Shown here: one piece after another, positions 11,628-25,958 of the stretch
How the letters are laid out: the number at the start of each line of letters is the position of its first letter
Numbering within the stretch: position 1 is the stretch's first letter
From: Eledone cirrhosa
Lineage: Eukaryota
Direction: 5' to 3'
Assembly: GCA_964016885.1 (NCBI GenBank)
Contig: OZ024740.1
Coordinates: 319,610,001-319,674,000, forward strand
Length of the DNA stretch: 64,000 nt
The notes under the pieces: model-generated
Told to the model about the DNA's origin: nothing
What the model saw: only the letters and a program-made list of their open reading frames with translations
Database searches by the model: none
Position numbers and translations under genes: made by a program

Positions 11628-13059
11628 ATTGTCAATTTACTTTTCAATTTACATATATCTTTATGCATATATATTTGCGTATAATACCATTATGCACACT
11701 ACATATGGGGGCGGTTCTTCTGCTAGACCGTATGAATTATACTTTCGGAATATATAGTACGTGGATTTTTTTCCAACAGAATTGATGCGTTTATGGCTTA
11801 ATAATTCCCGAGAAATATTGATACGATGTATGTTAAAGAAAATGAATACCCCTTGGTTAGCGTAAGAAATAATATAGTCTGTATTTATAATAGATTGTAA
11901 TCATATAGTCAGTATTTATAATTGATTGTAATCATATAGTCAGTATTTATAATAGATTGTAATGTCATTCTCGTGTACTAAAGCCTGACTAGGGTATAGA
12001 TTGCAACGTGCAAGCTATTCTACTGTATCATAACTGTCTGTCAAATTCGTCAGTAGAAAAGTGGGACAAAGTTAATCTACATCAGATTTATAATATCGTA
12101 ATTCCGTATAAACGAAATCGTCTAAGAAATAGTTTATTGCTAAGTCGGCCCAGTGCTGGTGAATAGTTAAGAGTTTTCTAGCTGCTGATATATAGACTTT
12201 TCTGGTCCAATCTGGTCAGGGGTATTAGCAGAAACAACAGTAATGGACATACAATAGAACAGTAAACAAATATATAAATATACTTACAAACACTTGAACA
12301 ATTTTAGCTTCGCAACAGATTAAATGAAATTCAGATTTCACTTACAAGGCTTTTGTTGGCCCTGAGCCGTTGGGTGGAACCTAAAACGACATAGATGCGA
12401 AACAAAATTGTTAACCACTCAGCCAAGCCTGACCGTTGTGTGTTGTATTGTGTATCTGGAGTTGGTGCTCTGTGTTGTATAAAATATCTGAAGTTGGCGC
12501 TATATATATATGTGTGTTGTGTAAAATATCTGGAGTTGGTGCTATATATGCGTTAGATTATGTGTTGCGTACTATATCTGGAGTTGGTGCTCTGTGTGTT
12601 GTGTGTGTAATCTCTGGCGTTGGTGTTTTATGTGTGTGTTGGGTTGTGTGTCGTGTAATTTAGCTGGAATTAGTCTTCATATGTATGTTGTATTGTGTAT
12701 CTGAAGTTGGCTTTATCTTTATATTGTATACAAATGAGCAAAGGCGTCATTCCAGCCTTGGTTATACCTTATTTTCATATATCTAGTCCTGCATTCTCCA
12801 ATGAGATCTTCCTGTTTTAAGATAGCTGGGTGTTATTTGGGGGAATTTGACAGCTATTACTAGCAGGTTTAACGATCGTATAGCTGTTGCATCATTGTCT
12901 CACATGTATTGTGTAGCACAAGTTGGGTCTTATAAGCAAAATATGGTAGAAATCATAGACTTTCCGCATCCATTTAGACGAGGTTCATTATGATAAATGA
13001 GTGGTGTTAGTGTCGTTCATATTTGATTTGACTGATTTATATTCATAAGTGGGTTGGGA

Positions 13060-13485
13060 AGCAGGCAAGGGGGCGGGTAGGAATGACAATAGGATGAAAG
13101 AGAAACCGGCAGGTAGGTAGGAAGCTAGATAGATAGGTAGGCAGAAAAGCAGGGAGGAAGGCAGGAAGATAGAAAGGCAGGTAGGATGGTAGGCAGGTAA
13201 GTGGGTAAACAGAATGACAGGATGGAAGGTAGGTAGGTAGGTAGGTAGGTAGGTAGGTAGGTAGGTAGGTAGGGAGGGAGGTAGGTAGGTAGGTAGGTAG
13301 GTAGGTAGGTAGGTAGGTAGGTAGGTAGGTATACAGGTGGGCAATAGGAGGGAATGCAGGCAGGGGATTGAAACGTAGTAAGGCAGGCTGGCAGTTATGC
13401 TAGCAACTAGGCCGGTAGGAAGAAAGGAGTACAGGCAGGCAGGAAAGAAGCGGGGTAGATAGGCAGGCTGGCAGTCAGGTAAATA
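13060..13485. repeat. (GGTA)n / (GGCA)n compound microsatellite
   Basis: Directly visible. Confidence 0.9.
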
Positions 13486-13921
13486 TGTGTATCAGACAGA
13501 TTAAGGAAACATATGTTCAGAAGAAGAGTGTCTGTTTTAGTAAACCAAAGCAGGCAGAGAGGACACAGCGTTCTGGTGAGTTTAAGGGTTTAGATGGTTG
13601 GAGGAAGGTTTTACTGTTTATATGTTCTAGTATGTCTGGAATTGTCTTAAATTTTATGGGTAGGATGTGTGAAATAGTGTGTTGTATATTCTTTATTTTT
13701 GTTTATATTTGGGTTTATTTGTGTTGATTAGTGTATTATTTTATTTGTTGTTGCTGAAAATATCTTCAGATCTTGGTAGAATAATGCAACACGTAGTTTG
13801 AAAATACAAATTAAAACATGACAGAATTTAAACACAGTGAATGTAAGTAACGTATCTCAATTTGCAACACATATATATATGTTTTACAAATCTATTTAAA
13901 TATGTAGTAATTAAAGCAGTG

Positions 13922-14315
13922 TATGAGGATCGGCTGAAGGATTCATAGACTGACCAAGATACTCTCATGGAATGACCAAATGGGATTTATTTTTCAACAT
14001 AGTCCCTGAAAAGAAACAATGCAACTATTGTTAATAAGAAGAGTAGGGTGGTGGATTAGCAGTATCGGTAGAGGGTCGGACGCCATGCTTTGCAGCATAG
14101 AGTTACGGTCCTTTACGATGTGAGATCAAATCCCGCCGAGGTTTACTTTGCCTTTCATCCTTACGGGGTCGATTAAATAAAGTACCAGTAATGCACTGGG
14201 ATAATTGCTGGCCTTGTGCCAAAAGTAGAAACAATTATTAAACCTCCTTCATATATTCCCTTTTTTCGTATATTTGTTTGGATTTATTTTATGAACTTTT
14301 CAGTGGACCCTCATA
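13922..14315 (-). mobile_element. Mariner-type MITE interrupted by a family 1 SINE
   Basis: TIR-like ends TATGAGGATCGGCTGAAGGATTCATAG / ATGAACTTTTCAGTGGACCCTCATA; the body is the reverse complement of 15104-15305. Confidence 0.65.
14046..14240 (+). mobile_element. SINE family 1
   Basis: Homologous to 2310-2523. Confidence 0.85.
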
Positions 14316-14776
14316 GTGTAATGGGGGGGGGGGGCTATGAAGTTATTGAAGTTATTGTGTAGCTCTATATCGATCATAATTTAACATACTCACAGTATGT
14401 AGGTAGACGACCGAATGACTAAATGCAATTAACAGATGCAGATGCAGAGCTCTGCGTGAACACCATACGGCACATAATTACTGCACATAATTACAAGAAA
14501 TTGTTAATTAGATGTGGTGCAGTTTGGCAGGCTGAAAAATGTTGAAGTTTATCTGTATTGCCTGTTTCTGTACATCTGCTACTGCAGCTGTTATTGTTGT
14601 TGTTGTTTAGCCTCACATCAACCCTGATTGAGTTGAACGCTCCAAACTTTGGCGTTCGAAGCACAGGCGTTCCAACCATGATCATCCTGTTCATTTACCA
14701 CAGCCTCAGGGAGACTCATGACTTGTTAGTGCAACTGGATAAACGGAAATGTTTATAAACCAGTCACATTGACTGT

Positions 14777-15010
14777 ACCTGTAATTCAAAGGGTCTCTTG
14801 TCATACACTGCCATGCTGAATCTCCCTGAGAACTACGTTAAGGATACACGTGTATATGGAATGCTCAGACACTTACATGTTAGTACATGTAATTCAAATA
14901 TGTGCCAGACTTGTCATACACGGTGTCATGCTGAATCTCTCTGAGAATGACGTGAAGGTTACACGTGTCTGTGGAATGCTCAGTCACTTACATGTAGTTT
15001 TCATGATCAG
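14777..15010 (-). mobile_element. Tandem dimer of a conserved SINE-like core domain
   Basis: Two ~110-bp copies of TGTAATTCAAA..CTTGTCATACAC..CATGCTGAATCTC..GGAATGCTCAG.CACTTACATG; reverse-complement homologue at 49690-49800. Confidence 0.6.
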
Positions 15011-15103
15011 ACATATCCGTTTATCACACAACTAAAACACACTTCGTTGAAACCAACGGAGTCCCAAGTAGATGTTTCTGTCTGTTTGGAGCTGATTGTA
15101 AAC

Positions 15104-15305
15104 ATACGGTGGTCGGCTGAAAAGGTTCATAGGCTGACTATGAAGGAGTGATGCTAGAGCTGTGAAATCTTACATGCCTTAATTTCAACTCTTCTTATTG
15201 AACTGCATTGTTTCTTTCCATGGACTATGTTGAAAAATTAACCTCATTTGGTCATTCCATGAGAGTATCTTGGTCAGCCTATGAACATTTCAACCGACCC
15301 TTGAG
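15104..15305 (+). mobile_element. Mariner-type MITE (~200 bp)
   Basis: TIRs GGTCGGCTGAAAAGGTTCATAGGCTGAC / GTCAGCCTATGAACATTTCAACCGACC; other copies at 22840-23030, 16300-16380 and 17408-17450. Confidence 0.75.
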
Positions 15306-15320
15306 TGTATATGTGTGTGC

Positions 15321-15364
<44 letters not shown>

Positions 15365-15480
15365 CAATCCATATATATATATATATGGATTGTAACCTCC
15401 AGTTACTGTAGGTTCACCAGAGTAAGCACTCGATGCGTAGTTTCCAGTAAGTATAGGGGTGTAGTACTAAGCAGAGTGTA

Positions 15481-15645
15481 ATAATAATTATTTCTAGTAT
15501 AGGCCCAAGGCCAGTAATTTTGGGGGAGGCGTAAGTCGATTAAATCGACCTCAGTACGTTACTGGTACTTTATTTTATCGACCCCGTAAAGATGAAAGTC
15601 AAAGTTAATCTCGGCAGGATTTGAACTCAGAACGTAAAGGCCCAT
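15481..15645 (-). mobile_element. SINE family 1 (5'-truncated)
   Basis: Reverse complement of the family 1 body. Confidence 0.8.
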
Positions 15646-15770
15646 AATAAACAGGACGATTTGTTATGTCTTCATTAAGTTTATTGAATAGTGACGCGCG
15701 TTTTGATATTGATCAACTTAAGGTTCGATCTGTATTGATTTAGCCCGACTCTGGAATCAGAAAGTCGTCG

Positions 15771-15776
<6 letters not shown>
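15646..15776 (-). mobile_element. HHR-like short element family H
   Basis: Minus: AGT-CCGACGA...AAAA-CGCGCG-TC-ACT; homologous to 46910-47045; ends at (TA)n. Confidence 0.5.
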
Positions 15777-15810
<34 letters not shown>

Positions 15811-16076
15811 GGTATAGAAATTGTTGTAGCGAGAAGCTAACAGTATTCCATAACATATATGCGACTATAGCGTCAAAATGGGAAAAATAGTTAACGTAAG
15901 ATGTGGGAAAAATAATTCAAACTCATCTTAAAGAGAATCAGGATATAAATTCATCCACAGAATTTAGTGAAATCCAGGGAAAAATCAATAGAGCCTTAAC
16001 TCATGATAAAATAAAGTCTAAAATACTCATCCTTCAATTTGGAAAAACTTCAAATGCTCTGTATAGTCTTAAAGAC

Positions 16077-16152
<76 letters not shown>

Positions 16153-16409
16153 GGTATGTATATAAGCATTTCTAACTTTAATTTTATACCTAATTGTGTA
16201 TGCTTGACCGTATATTTAATTAATTTCCACGTGCTGTTGAAATGTTGGGTAAATATTCTATAGCGGTTGGCCGCGAAGACGATAGAATTATATTTCAATG
16301 AAATTAATGCATGCAATATTTCACACCGCAAGTATCACTCCTTCATAGTCTGCCTATGAACTTTTCAACCGACCCTCGAGTGTGTGTATGTGGGTGTGTA
16401 TATATAGAG

Positions 16410-17294
16410 AGAGAATAGGTAAATCTATTGAGATTAGAAGATAATAAATGAATAAGAAAAAACAATATAAAAATATAAAATTGGATAAGAAGTGATAAAA
16501 AAAACTGTAGAGTCTAAAACAGCTGCTATATTTAGTTGGTGTTGCGTTTTCGGCCAATGCTATAGAATAGGTTAATAAGTTGAGAATAGAAGATACTAAA
16601 TACATAAAAAAATTTTGAAATTATATAATTGCGTAGTAAAAAGTGATACAAAATCTCTGGGGTCTAAAACGGCTGCTATAATTAGTTGGTATTGCGTTTT
16701 CGGCCAATGCTATCTTTAAATTGCTGGGGGTACTGAGGCTACAAAGGCCCGATGGGCTGCCTCGAGGTAGGCGAAAGTGGAAAAAGGAAAAGGAAGAGGA
16801 TAGTATTTTTTTCTTATTTATTTATTATCTTCTAATCGCAATGGATTTACCTATTCTATAACGTCCCTTCTCTATTTTCTCTAGAATCCTTTTCCGCCTA
16901 CTTCCTCTAGCCTAGTTTCATACATATTCCTTAGAATTTGCTGTATAGAATTCACTTTCATCGCTTGACCGGCTCCAACCACTCTCTCATTGTTCTACAG
17001 GTAAGTTCAGCCACCCCAACTCCCACCCACTGCCATGATAGACTTAATTGTGTTTACAAGAAATTTTGACCAATCCTCTTGACAACTACAATCTTCTCAT
17101 ATAAGGAATTACCCCTTGAAAAGTTCGGCTATTTATTTACCACGCTAAAAATACTAATTTAGTCCAGAAATAGCCGTTGAAACGGCTTGAGCTCTACCAT
17201 CGGGATCATACTTTTTCCTATTACCCACTCTACTACCCTAAGTATTGAGTACTCTGGTGCGTTATGGTCCATCTGGTTCCTTACCACAACTGTG

Positions 17295-17297
<3 letters not shown>
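16410..17297 (+). mobile_element. PLE-derived non-coding element family G with inverted 5' segment and decayed HHR
   Basis: 16412-16465 is inverted relative to 16805-16857; direct repeat at 16505/16657; CCCC-TTGAAAA-..CGGCTATTT...AAATAGCCG..GAAA-CGGC..TC-GGG at 17112-17204; 3' part homologous to 53612-53745(-). Confidence 0.6.
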
Positions 17298-17374
<77 letters not shown>

Positions 17375-17754
17375 TATTTATATATATATATATATATACA
17401 TATATACGAGTATCTTGGTCAGCCTATGAACTATTCAGCCGACTCACGTAGTGACAGCGATTGCAAGGGTTAAAATTTGACGCAATATGAACTATGCATG
17501 GCGGTCTTTCAATTGTAGTGTTTTTGTTTTGCCTTTGATGTACAGATAACGTATCTACGTTCTGTCTGTGATGAGTAGAAGTGTGTTGTTTGTAGTTTAT
17601 TATGATTTGTTGTGAACAGATTGCTGACCCAGGCAGAATTGACATAATCGATAATTGATCGAATGTATTGTTTGTAAATATGTTTGTGAGGTTTTGCTTT
17701 TAATTATTACATCGTATTTCTCAACTTGATATTCCACACTCACAAAGACATGCC

Positions 17755-17812
17755 ACATCTGTCTATTTGTCTGTCTATCTGTCTATCTGTCTGTCTGTCA
17801 GTTTGTCTCTCA

Positions 17813-17855
<43 letters not shown>

Positions 17856-17907
17856 ACTCTCTCTCTCTCTCTCTCTCTCCCTCTCTCTCTCTCAGTATAT
17901 ATATGTA

Positions 17908-17948
<41 letters not shown>

Positions 17949-17996
17949 GTCTGTCTATCCATCGATGTATTTATATATGTGCATGCGTGTTTCTGT

Positions 17997-18044
<48 letters not shown>

Positions 18045-18835
18045 TGTGAGTGTGTGTCTGTGTGTGTGTGCGTGTGTCTGTTTGTGTTCGTCTGCGTAGT
18101 TGTGTGTGCTTGTGTATGTGTATGTACGTGCGTATGTCTGTGTGTATGTATGTGCGTACTTGTGACTGCTAATGTATTGATGAGTGTCTGTCTGTGTATG
18201 AGCGTGTGTGTGTATATGTCTGCATAGTTGTGTGTGTCTGTATGTATATGAGTGTGTGTATGTATTTGCGTGTTTGTGTGTATGTCTGCATACTTGTGTG
18301 TATGTATATGAGTGTGTGTGTATGTACGTGCGTGTGTTTGTGTATATGTATGCATACATGTTTGTATATGTATGAGTGTGTATGTTTGTGCGTGCGTGTG
18401 TTTGTGTGTATGTATGTATGGCTGCGTAATTGTGTGTGCTTGTGTATGTGTAGGTGTGTATCTACGTGCGTGTGTTTGTGTGTATGTCTGTATACTTCTG
18501 TTTGTATATGTATGAGTGTGTGTGTGTATGTGTGTGTGTCTGCATACTTGTGTTTGGCTATGTATGTATGTGTGTGTGTTTGGCTATGTATGTGTGTGTG
18601 TATGCCTACGTACTTGTGTGTGCTAATCTATGTATATGAGTGTGTGTGTATGTATGTGCGTGTGTTTTGCGTATGTCTGCCTACTTATGTGTGCTTGTGT
18701 CTGAGTGTGTTAGTGTGTATGTATGTCTGCGTACTTGTGCGTGCTTGTGTATGTGTATGTGTTTTTGTTTGTGTGTGTATATGTGTGTACGTGCGTGTTT
18801 ATGTATGTCTTTAAATATATATATATATATATATG
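17755..18835. repeat. Compound (CT)n/(CTAT)n/(GT)n degenerate microsatellite
   Basis: Directly visible. Confidence 0.9.
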
Positions 18836-19673
18836 CGTCTTTTTGAGGTTTTGCGTGTTTACATATAAAACTACGATGAGGGTGTAGTGTCTGGTTTCAA
18901 TGTTGTTATCAAAATTAAACAAACACACAAAATAACCTACAGACAATACACATGCATAGGCACACCCATACACCTAGACACATTATAAAAAAAGTCTATT
19001 ATATATTTATATAGCTTTAATGCAATCTATCTGAGAGATAGGTGGGCCCGTCCTTTTGTTACAGTATCAAAGCCTATATGTATAGCGTGATACATTAAAT
19101 ATTTAGTGTAAACCAAGAAAATTAATCACTGGGTAATTTTAAAATTGAAAAGAGTGTCACTGAAGCGTGCATGTCAGTACATGTGATGAATGCTTACCAT
19201 CTGTTGATTATCGTCGGTCATCGTCCGTAATACGTAATGTATCCTATTACGAAATATTAATAGCAAGTGGAGTTTTAAATTTCCCGAGGCTCACGGCAAA
19301 ATACAGAAAACTTTGCCAAGATAATATAAAAACAAATAGACAAATCCTATTATAACAAATATTTAGAAAGAATGTTGTAGTCCTCATACAGAAAAATATA
19401 GAATAAACTACATATTAAATTAACAAATATGTATGTATTTTAACCTGATTAGTTCTTTTGTTACTTTGGTATTGTATGGTTGGGTTTTGCCTACCGCAAT
19501 GTTCAATTTGTCAAGCTTAAACGTATGTTATTTAAACGTATGTTATTACTCTCAGGACCTACTCTTATTGAGTGCTTTGCTAACTCATTCCTATTGTAGG
19601 TCGACTTTGCTTGGCCACAGCCAAAGTTTCCATTTTCTAAGCTTCCACTTGTATATATGTATGTATATATGTA

Positions 19674-19756
<83 letters not shown>

Positions 19757-19789
19757 TATGTCATATATACATACATAAATAGTCGAAAG

Positions 19790-20022
19790 TCTGTCTGGAG
19801 CCCGAGGCTCATCTGGCGGTTCTTTATTCGAGTTTTCGTAGAGTTAAGCGACTGAGAGTATAAGGCTACAGCCCTGGATAGGACGCCAGTCCGTTGCACG
19901 GTTAAACCCCGACCTCTTGCTGGTAGTGGAGCATCATGAAATGAAGTGTTTTGCTCAAGAACACAACACACAACCCAGGCCAAGAATCGAACCCACGACA
20001 CTATGATTGACCACTAGGCCAC
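19790..20022 (-). mobile_element. SINE family 2
   Basis: Homologous to 21815-22060 and 6238-6500. Confidence 0.7.
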
Positions 20023-20031
20023 TCTCTTCGA

Positions 20032-20122
<91 letters not shown>

Positions 20123-21049
20123 TGTGTGTGTGTGTAAAAATAGAGTATGCAATGCTAAGACCGAGGAGATCACTAATCATGTGAGTACTCGATACACATC
20201 TCTGTGAGTGTGTGTATGTATTTATATATATATATATAGTGTTTACAAGAAGAAAGATCTTAATACATTTTATTGAGACTTTTATTGAACCGTTGTTACC
20301 ATTATAGGACTTTTATTCAAAATAAAACTACAAAACTACAATATAGAGTAATATCGGTGTAAACTTGCTACAATACAGAGAAGTAAGGTCATTGTAAAAG
20401 GCTAAAAATGTATTTCCATTAAGGCATTTTTTTTTTTACCCCTAATACTATGTGGAGTCATAGGGACGCCGTAGTTGTATATGGTGTTTTCGAGGCATTC
20501 TAAACCTGGCGGAGACCACCATTCTCTAGGTCTGAACACAGCCAATTTCTTCTAGAGTAGGAGATACAGTGATAGAGAGGAAGTGAGAAATAGATATAGA
20601 GATATACAGTAGAGGAAAAATGGACCCCAGTACTGGACTGGTGCTTTGATTGTCGACACCGAAAGGATGAAAGGCAAAGTTGGCATCGGAAAGATTTAAA
20701 CACAGCTGGCAAAGACCAAGAACGAATATTGGAAATCATTCCATCTGACGTTCTAACGATTCTGCCAATTCGACGCCCGCATTGAGTTCTACATTTCTGT
20801 ATTATTTGGTACATAACACGAGTCACTCAAGAGCTGCTAGATATAACAGCCTAATATCTTTCAATCATACACTGTCATAAAAAAGGAAAAGAAGCATTGG
20901 ATAACTGTAATCATAGATACACAGCGTCTATAAAAAGATGGAATTGTTATACAGCTGTAACCGGTCCTTATAGTGGTTTTGGTACTTATGATTACAAATC
21001 TCGGCCAAGGGTTGGATAAATCAGCTGCTGTTGCATTTTGTATGTCTAT

Positions 21050-21420
21050 TTTCTTACTGCCCATGCTTAAGTAAGCGCCTGAATTTTTATTTAAATGAGC
21101 CATTTTCTGATAACTCACAAATGTATCTAGACTGGTTTTATCTGAAGCTACATTCGATATTATTACACTTATATTGCCAACCAAGTTGGTTTAATAAATT
21201 AGGAAGGCATGTGCATATGTTTTTCGTCCCGTTTCCATATCTGATTTTATACACAGGAAGTGAACTCTCTTCAAATTGGTGGTGACTATAGTATTAAGGC
21301 AGAAATCTTTTAATGTTCTTATTAAATATGTTTTGCATTGATATAATGTATGGCCGTTTATGTTGGGCGAGGCTGCCACGTCATCATCTCTCTATAACCA
21401 TATCAATTTTTCTTTTAGTG
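21050..21420 (-). pseudogene. Decayed Penelope-like RT fragment
   Basis: YR.DD region followed by NINGHTLYQCKTYLIRTLKDFCLNTIVTTNLKRVHFL, resembling PLE RT 'YRDDGL......K....F...GL.I....NLK.V.FLD'. Confidence 0.6.
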
Positions 21421-21469
21421 TAACTAAAAATGTATAATGCAACCAGCTTGTGTACTTCCAGATGAATTG

Positions 21470-21648
21470 ACATAGAGTTACAGCCCTTTACGTTCTGAAT
21501 TCAAATCCTGCCGGTGTTAGCTTTGCCTTTCATCCCTATGGAGTCGATAAATAAAGCGCTAGTTTTGCACTGGGGTCGATTTAATCGACTCCCCCCCCCC
21601 ATCCCCCTTCAAATTGCTGGCCTTGTGCCTAAAGTAGAAACAGTTATT
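21470..21648 (+). mobile_element. SINE family 1 (5'-truncated)
   Basis: Homologous to 2310-2523. Confidence 0.8.
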
Positions 21649-21814
21649 TTATCATCCTTATAGAGATATTGAAAAGCAGGGATTTCTTAGTCTTCATCAT
21701 TAATTCACCATTGTTGATATTAGCTGTAATGTGATTCTTTCCAAATTTCTTGATCGGAAATAGTTCGGAAATGGCTGGTAGAATTCGACAGTGTGTAATT
21801 ATTTAAGTCTAAAG

Positions 21815-22060
21815 TCTGTCTTAAGCTATTTAAGGCTCGTTAGGCTGGTGCTTATCTCGGTCTCACGGCGTGAAGCGACTGAGAATACAAGATTCCACCC
21901 TGGACAGGACGCCAGTCCACCGCAGGGTTAAACCCCCAGCTATTGCTGGTACTCATTTTTATCTGAGTATACTGGAGCAACGTGAAATGAGGTTTTTTGC
22001 TCAAGAACATGACACGCAACCCAGCCCAGGAATCAAACCCACTAAGCCACGCGCCTCCAC
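21815..22060 (-). mobile_element. SINE family 2
   Basis: Minus: GGAGGCGCGTGGCTTAGTGGG..GATTCCTGGGCTGGG..GTTCTTGAGCAAAA..CCTGCGGTGGACTGGCGTCCTGTCCAGGG. Confidence 0.75.
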
Positions 22061-22839
22061 ATGTGTAATTGAGTGAATATCATCAGCTTTGGTTCTCTTA
22101 CTATTAAACCAGATATCTACGATCATTTTGAAATTTCATCGGCGTAAATCCAGGGTTTTCCAAATTTTGTTGTAGATATTATTTAAACGTTTGCTCTTCG
22201 CAGGAATTATCATCATACATTAAAGTTTGTTGTGAATTTGTTTTGTGGTATTTCAGCGTGTTGTATGTTTTTCGATTGGCTAAGCATCATATTCAATTAT
22301 AGTTTTAGTTCAGCCGTTATACGTTTTACCATCATATTGGTTTCTCGTAGATGAAGAGCTATTTCATACACGAGGGGCCTCTGCTATGGCTATCATAAGA
22401 GTCTATAGCAGAACAGGTCGGATCTAGGGGTAAAAGTCCTGCTTGTCTTATAGTAAGCAGTTGTTCACACGGCGACCATCATTTTAATTAGATGACCTCG
22501 GCGTCGTGAACCAGTCGTGAACGACTATTAATTCGGGAATGGGTTGGTACAACTGCTCTAGTTAGTGGAGAAATCTATGTGTATGCAGGTGTGGCAAGCG
22601 GCATATATTATAGCCATTAGAAAAAGCAAATGCTTCTCCTTCGATGGAGGGATGACTCAAGAAGATGATGATTCTGTAATATTGTTTCTTAGAGGTTTAT
22701 TGTAGGTGACCGTATCTAGTTCATAGAAATGTTTAGTTTATCTGAAGACGTGTATATTCTGTGGCCTCTCTTTAATGCTTTTATGTCTGAGTTTTTATTG
22801 GACATATTTCTGCGTATCTTCTATCTTATTTTACTTGTC

Positions 22840-23030
22840 ATAGGAGGGTCGGCTGAAGAGTTCATAGACTATGAAGAAGTGATGCTAGAGCTCTGAAATG
22901 TTACATGCATTAATTTCAACTCTTCTTATTAATAACTTCATTGTTTCTTTCTAGGGACTGTGTTGAAAAATATACTTCATTCGGCAATTCCATGAGAGTA
23001 TCTTCATCAGCCTAAGAACTTTTCAGCCTA
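22840..23030 (+). mobile_element. Mariner-type MITE
   Basis: Homologous to 15104-15305, with the same TIRs. Confidence 0.75.
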
Positions 23031-23164
23031 TGGGCCTTTCAGCCTATGAACTACTTTTCTAGTAGCCCATTTTGGGGTTTTCCTGTTAGGTATCAGAATA
23101 TTTTTTATTGCATATGGGAAGTATTTGTAGTTTTAATCGCAAAAATGTCTTTGGTCGTAGAAAG

Positions 23165-23209
<45 letters not shown>

Positions 23210-23394
23210 TAAACTTAGTCCTACATCAGTGATCTTCCAACCATCATTGGTATTTCATCGCTTTAAAGACCATATACCTCCGGTTGGTGCGAGCAACGGC
23301 TAAAGAAAGTCGTTGGGACACGTAAATAAGGGGAACGAGCGAGAGTGTAAACAAACAAAGATGGTAAACCAACGAAAAGTGAGGAAGAAAGAGT

Positions 23395-23641
23395 CAAGTC
23401 CCAGATTTCCATGAATATAAGTTCGGTGAAATCGTGAACGAGAGAGAATAAAGACCATCAAACCTAGTCGAAATGTGAGCAAGGAAGGAATTCCGCACAG
23501 GTCAAACGGGAGGAAGGAGTCCAGTCCGTGAATTCGGTGAACATAAGTTCTGTGAAATCGTAGACGAGAGAGAGAAAAGGGGAACCAGCCTGGTGAAGCG
23601 TGCGCGAGAAAAGAATTACGCACAGGTCAAACGGGAGGAAG
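23395..23641. repeat. Diverged ~123-bp tandem dimer
   Basis: Both units contain ATAAGTTC.GTGAAATCGT and end CGCACAGGTCAAACGGGAGGAAG. Confidence 0.7.
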
Positions 23642-24498
23642 TAGAAGTGGTAGTAGCAGAGAGTGAGTGAGGAAGGGTGAGGAAGAGGCTAACAGAGAGA
23701 GTGACTGTTATATATATATATATATATGTGTGTGTGTATGTATGTATGTATATGTGGGTGTGTTTGCGTTTGTGTGTGCGCGCGTGCGTGTCTGTTTATG
23801 TATGTTTATGGAGAGAGTCAAACACACAGATACACACACACACACGCACATCTGTAGTATATACACCTACAAATAAAACTAAACTACTATATAATATCAT
23901 TTTGAAGTCAAATATTGCCAGATTTAACACAAACACGATAGGTTTCCTTTGGGAATTCTTTGATTATTCGGTTAGCGTTCCTCTCTTGAGCTCTCCAACA
24001 GACAGTTTACGAATGTTCCTGTCAGTGATAAATTTAATGCCCTTATTAACAACGCTTAAATCATCTAATTCAACAAACATTTCACTTCATCTTTTCAACT
24101 GTAATTAGAAAACTATTAAAACTCTATATGACAAAGTACTCTAAAGTGGCCTGATATCTGCAAGCATGATGTAGGGAGCTACATTAGCTAATTACTACAT
24201 GTTCTGCCTTATATTTCCTATCAAACTGAAGAAAAAAAAAGAAAGAAAAAAACCAACAATATAATATACAGCAAATATTATTGATACAAATGTTGAAAAT
24301 ACTGTGAAGTTAATTCCAATAATTAAAAAAAAAAGATGGCAAATATAATGGTTTCTGATTTAGGCACAAGACCAACAATATATATTTGTAATAAATTGAA
24401 GTGAAAACCAACAGGTGCGTGTGTTTTTATTGGCAGCATGACCCTCCCAAAGTATAACAATAGCAATATACATACATACATATATATATGTATGTATG

Positions 24499-25121
<623 letters not shown>

Positions 25122-25567
25122 TAATGTATAATAAACAATACAATATAATTACCTCATTACCAGAGGTTTCCTGAATAAGACGAATACAAGAAACGTCCTC
25201 ATTCGTTCGTCAGACAAGGCAATATATAACATAGTGAAATATTTGAAAAATCTCCTCAAGAAAAAGTTTAACGGGCTAAAAAATATATAAATAAAAGTAA
25301 TGCAAGAGATATATAAAAATAAAATAAGGAAATATAGTTAGGGTATGTGTATAAATGTGTGTATACTCACTCACAAATGTATATATGTGTGTATGTACAA
25401 ATGCATGTGTGTAGTGAAAAAATGTGTGCGTAAGTACATATATGAGGGCAAGCATATCAGTGTATGTGTGACCACAAATACGTATATAATATATGTTGAA
25501 AAAGAAATTGTAAGATAATAGAGTTAACGTACATCCAGACTCAGGTACTAAGGATTGAAATATATAC

Positions 25568-25684
<117 letters not shown>

Positions 25685-25881
25685 TGCACCTTACTGCTGC
25701 ATTAGTACGTCCGAAACTCGAGTCCGGGAACTATTATAGGCACCCGTTTTACGTGTGTTGTATTGAAGCGAATAACTATGTGTATATTCTGGGAATGTAT
25801 CTTATATTGCCCATGGAGTACGCTGAGATACAACCGGTCCTAGCATTGATAAATATGCTGGGTCCGTCAACCTACCCTTAT

Positions 25882-25956
<75 letters not shown>

Positions 25957-25958
<2 letters not shown>

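Noticed and set aside
23880-24360. Possible DNA-transposase relic
   Set aside because: I could not identify a motif with confidence.
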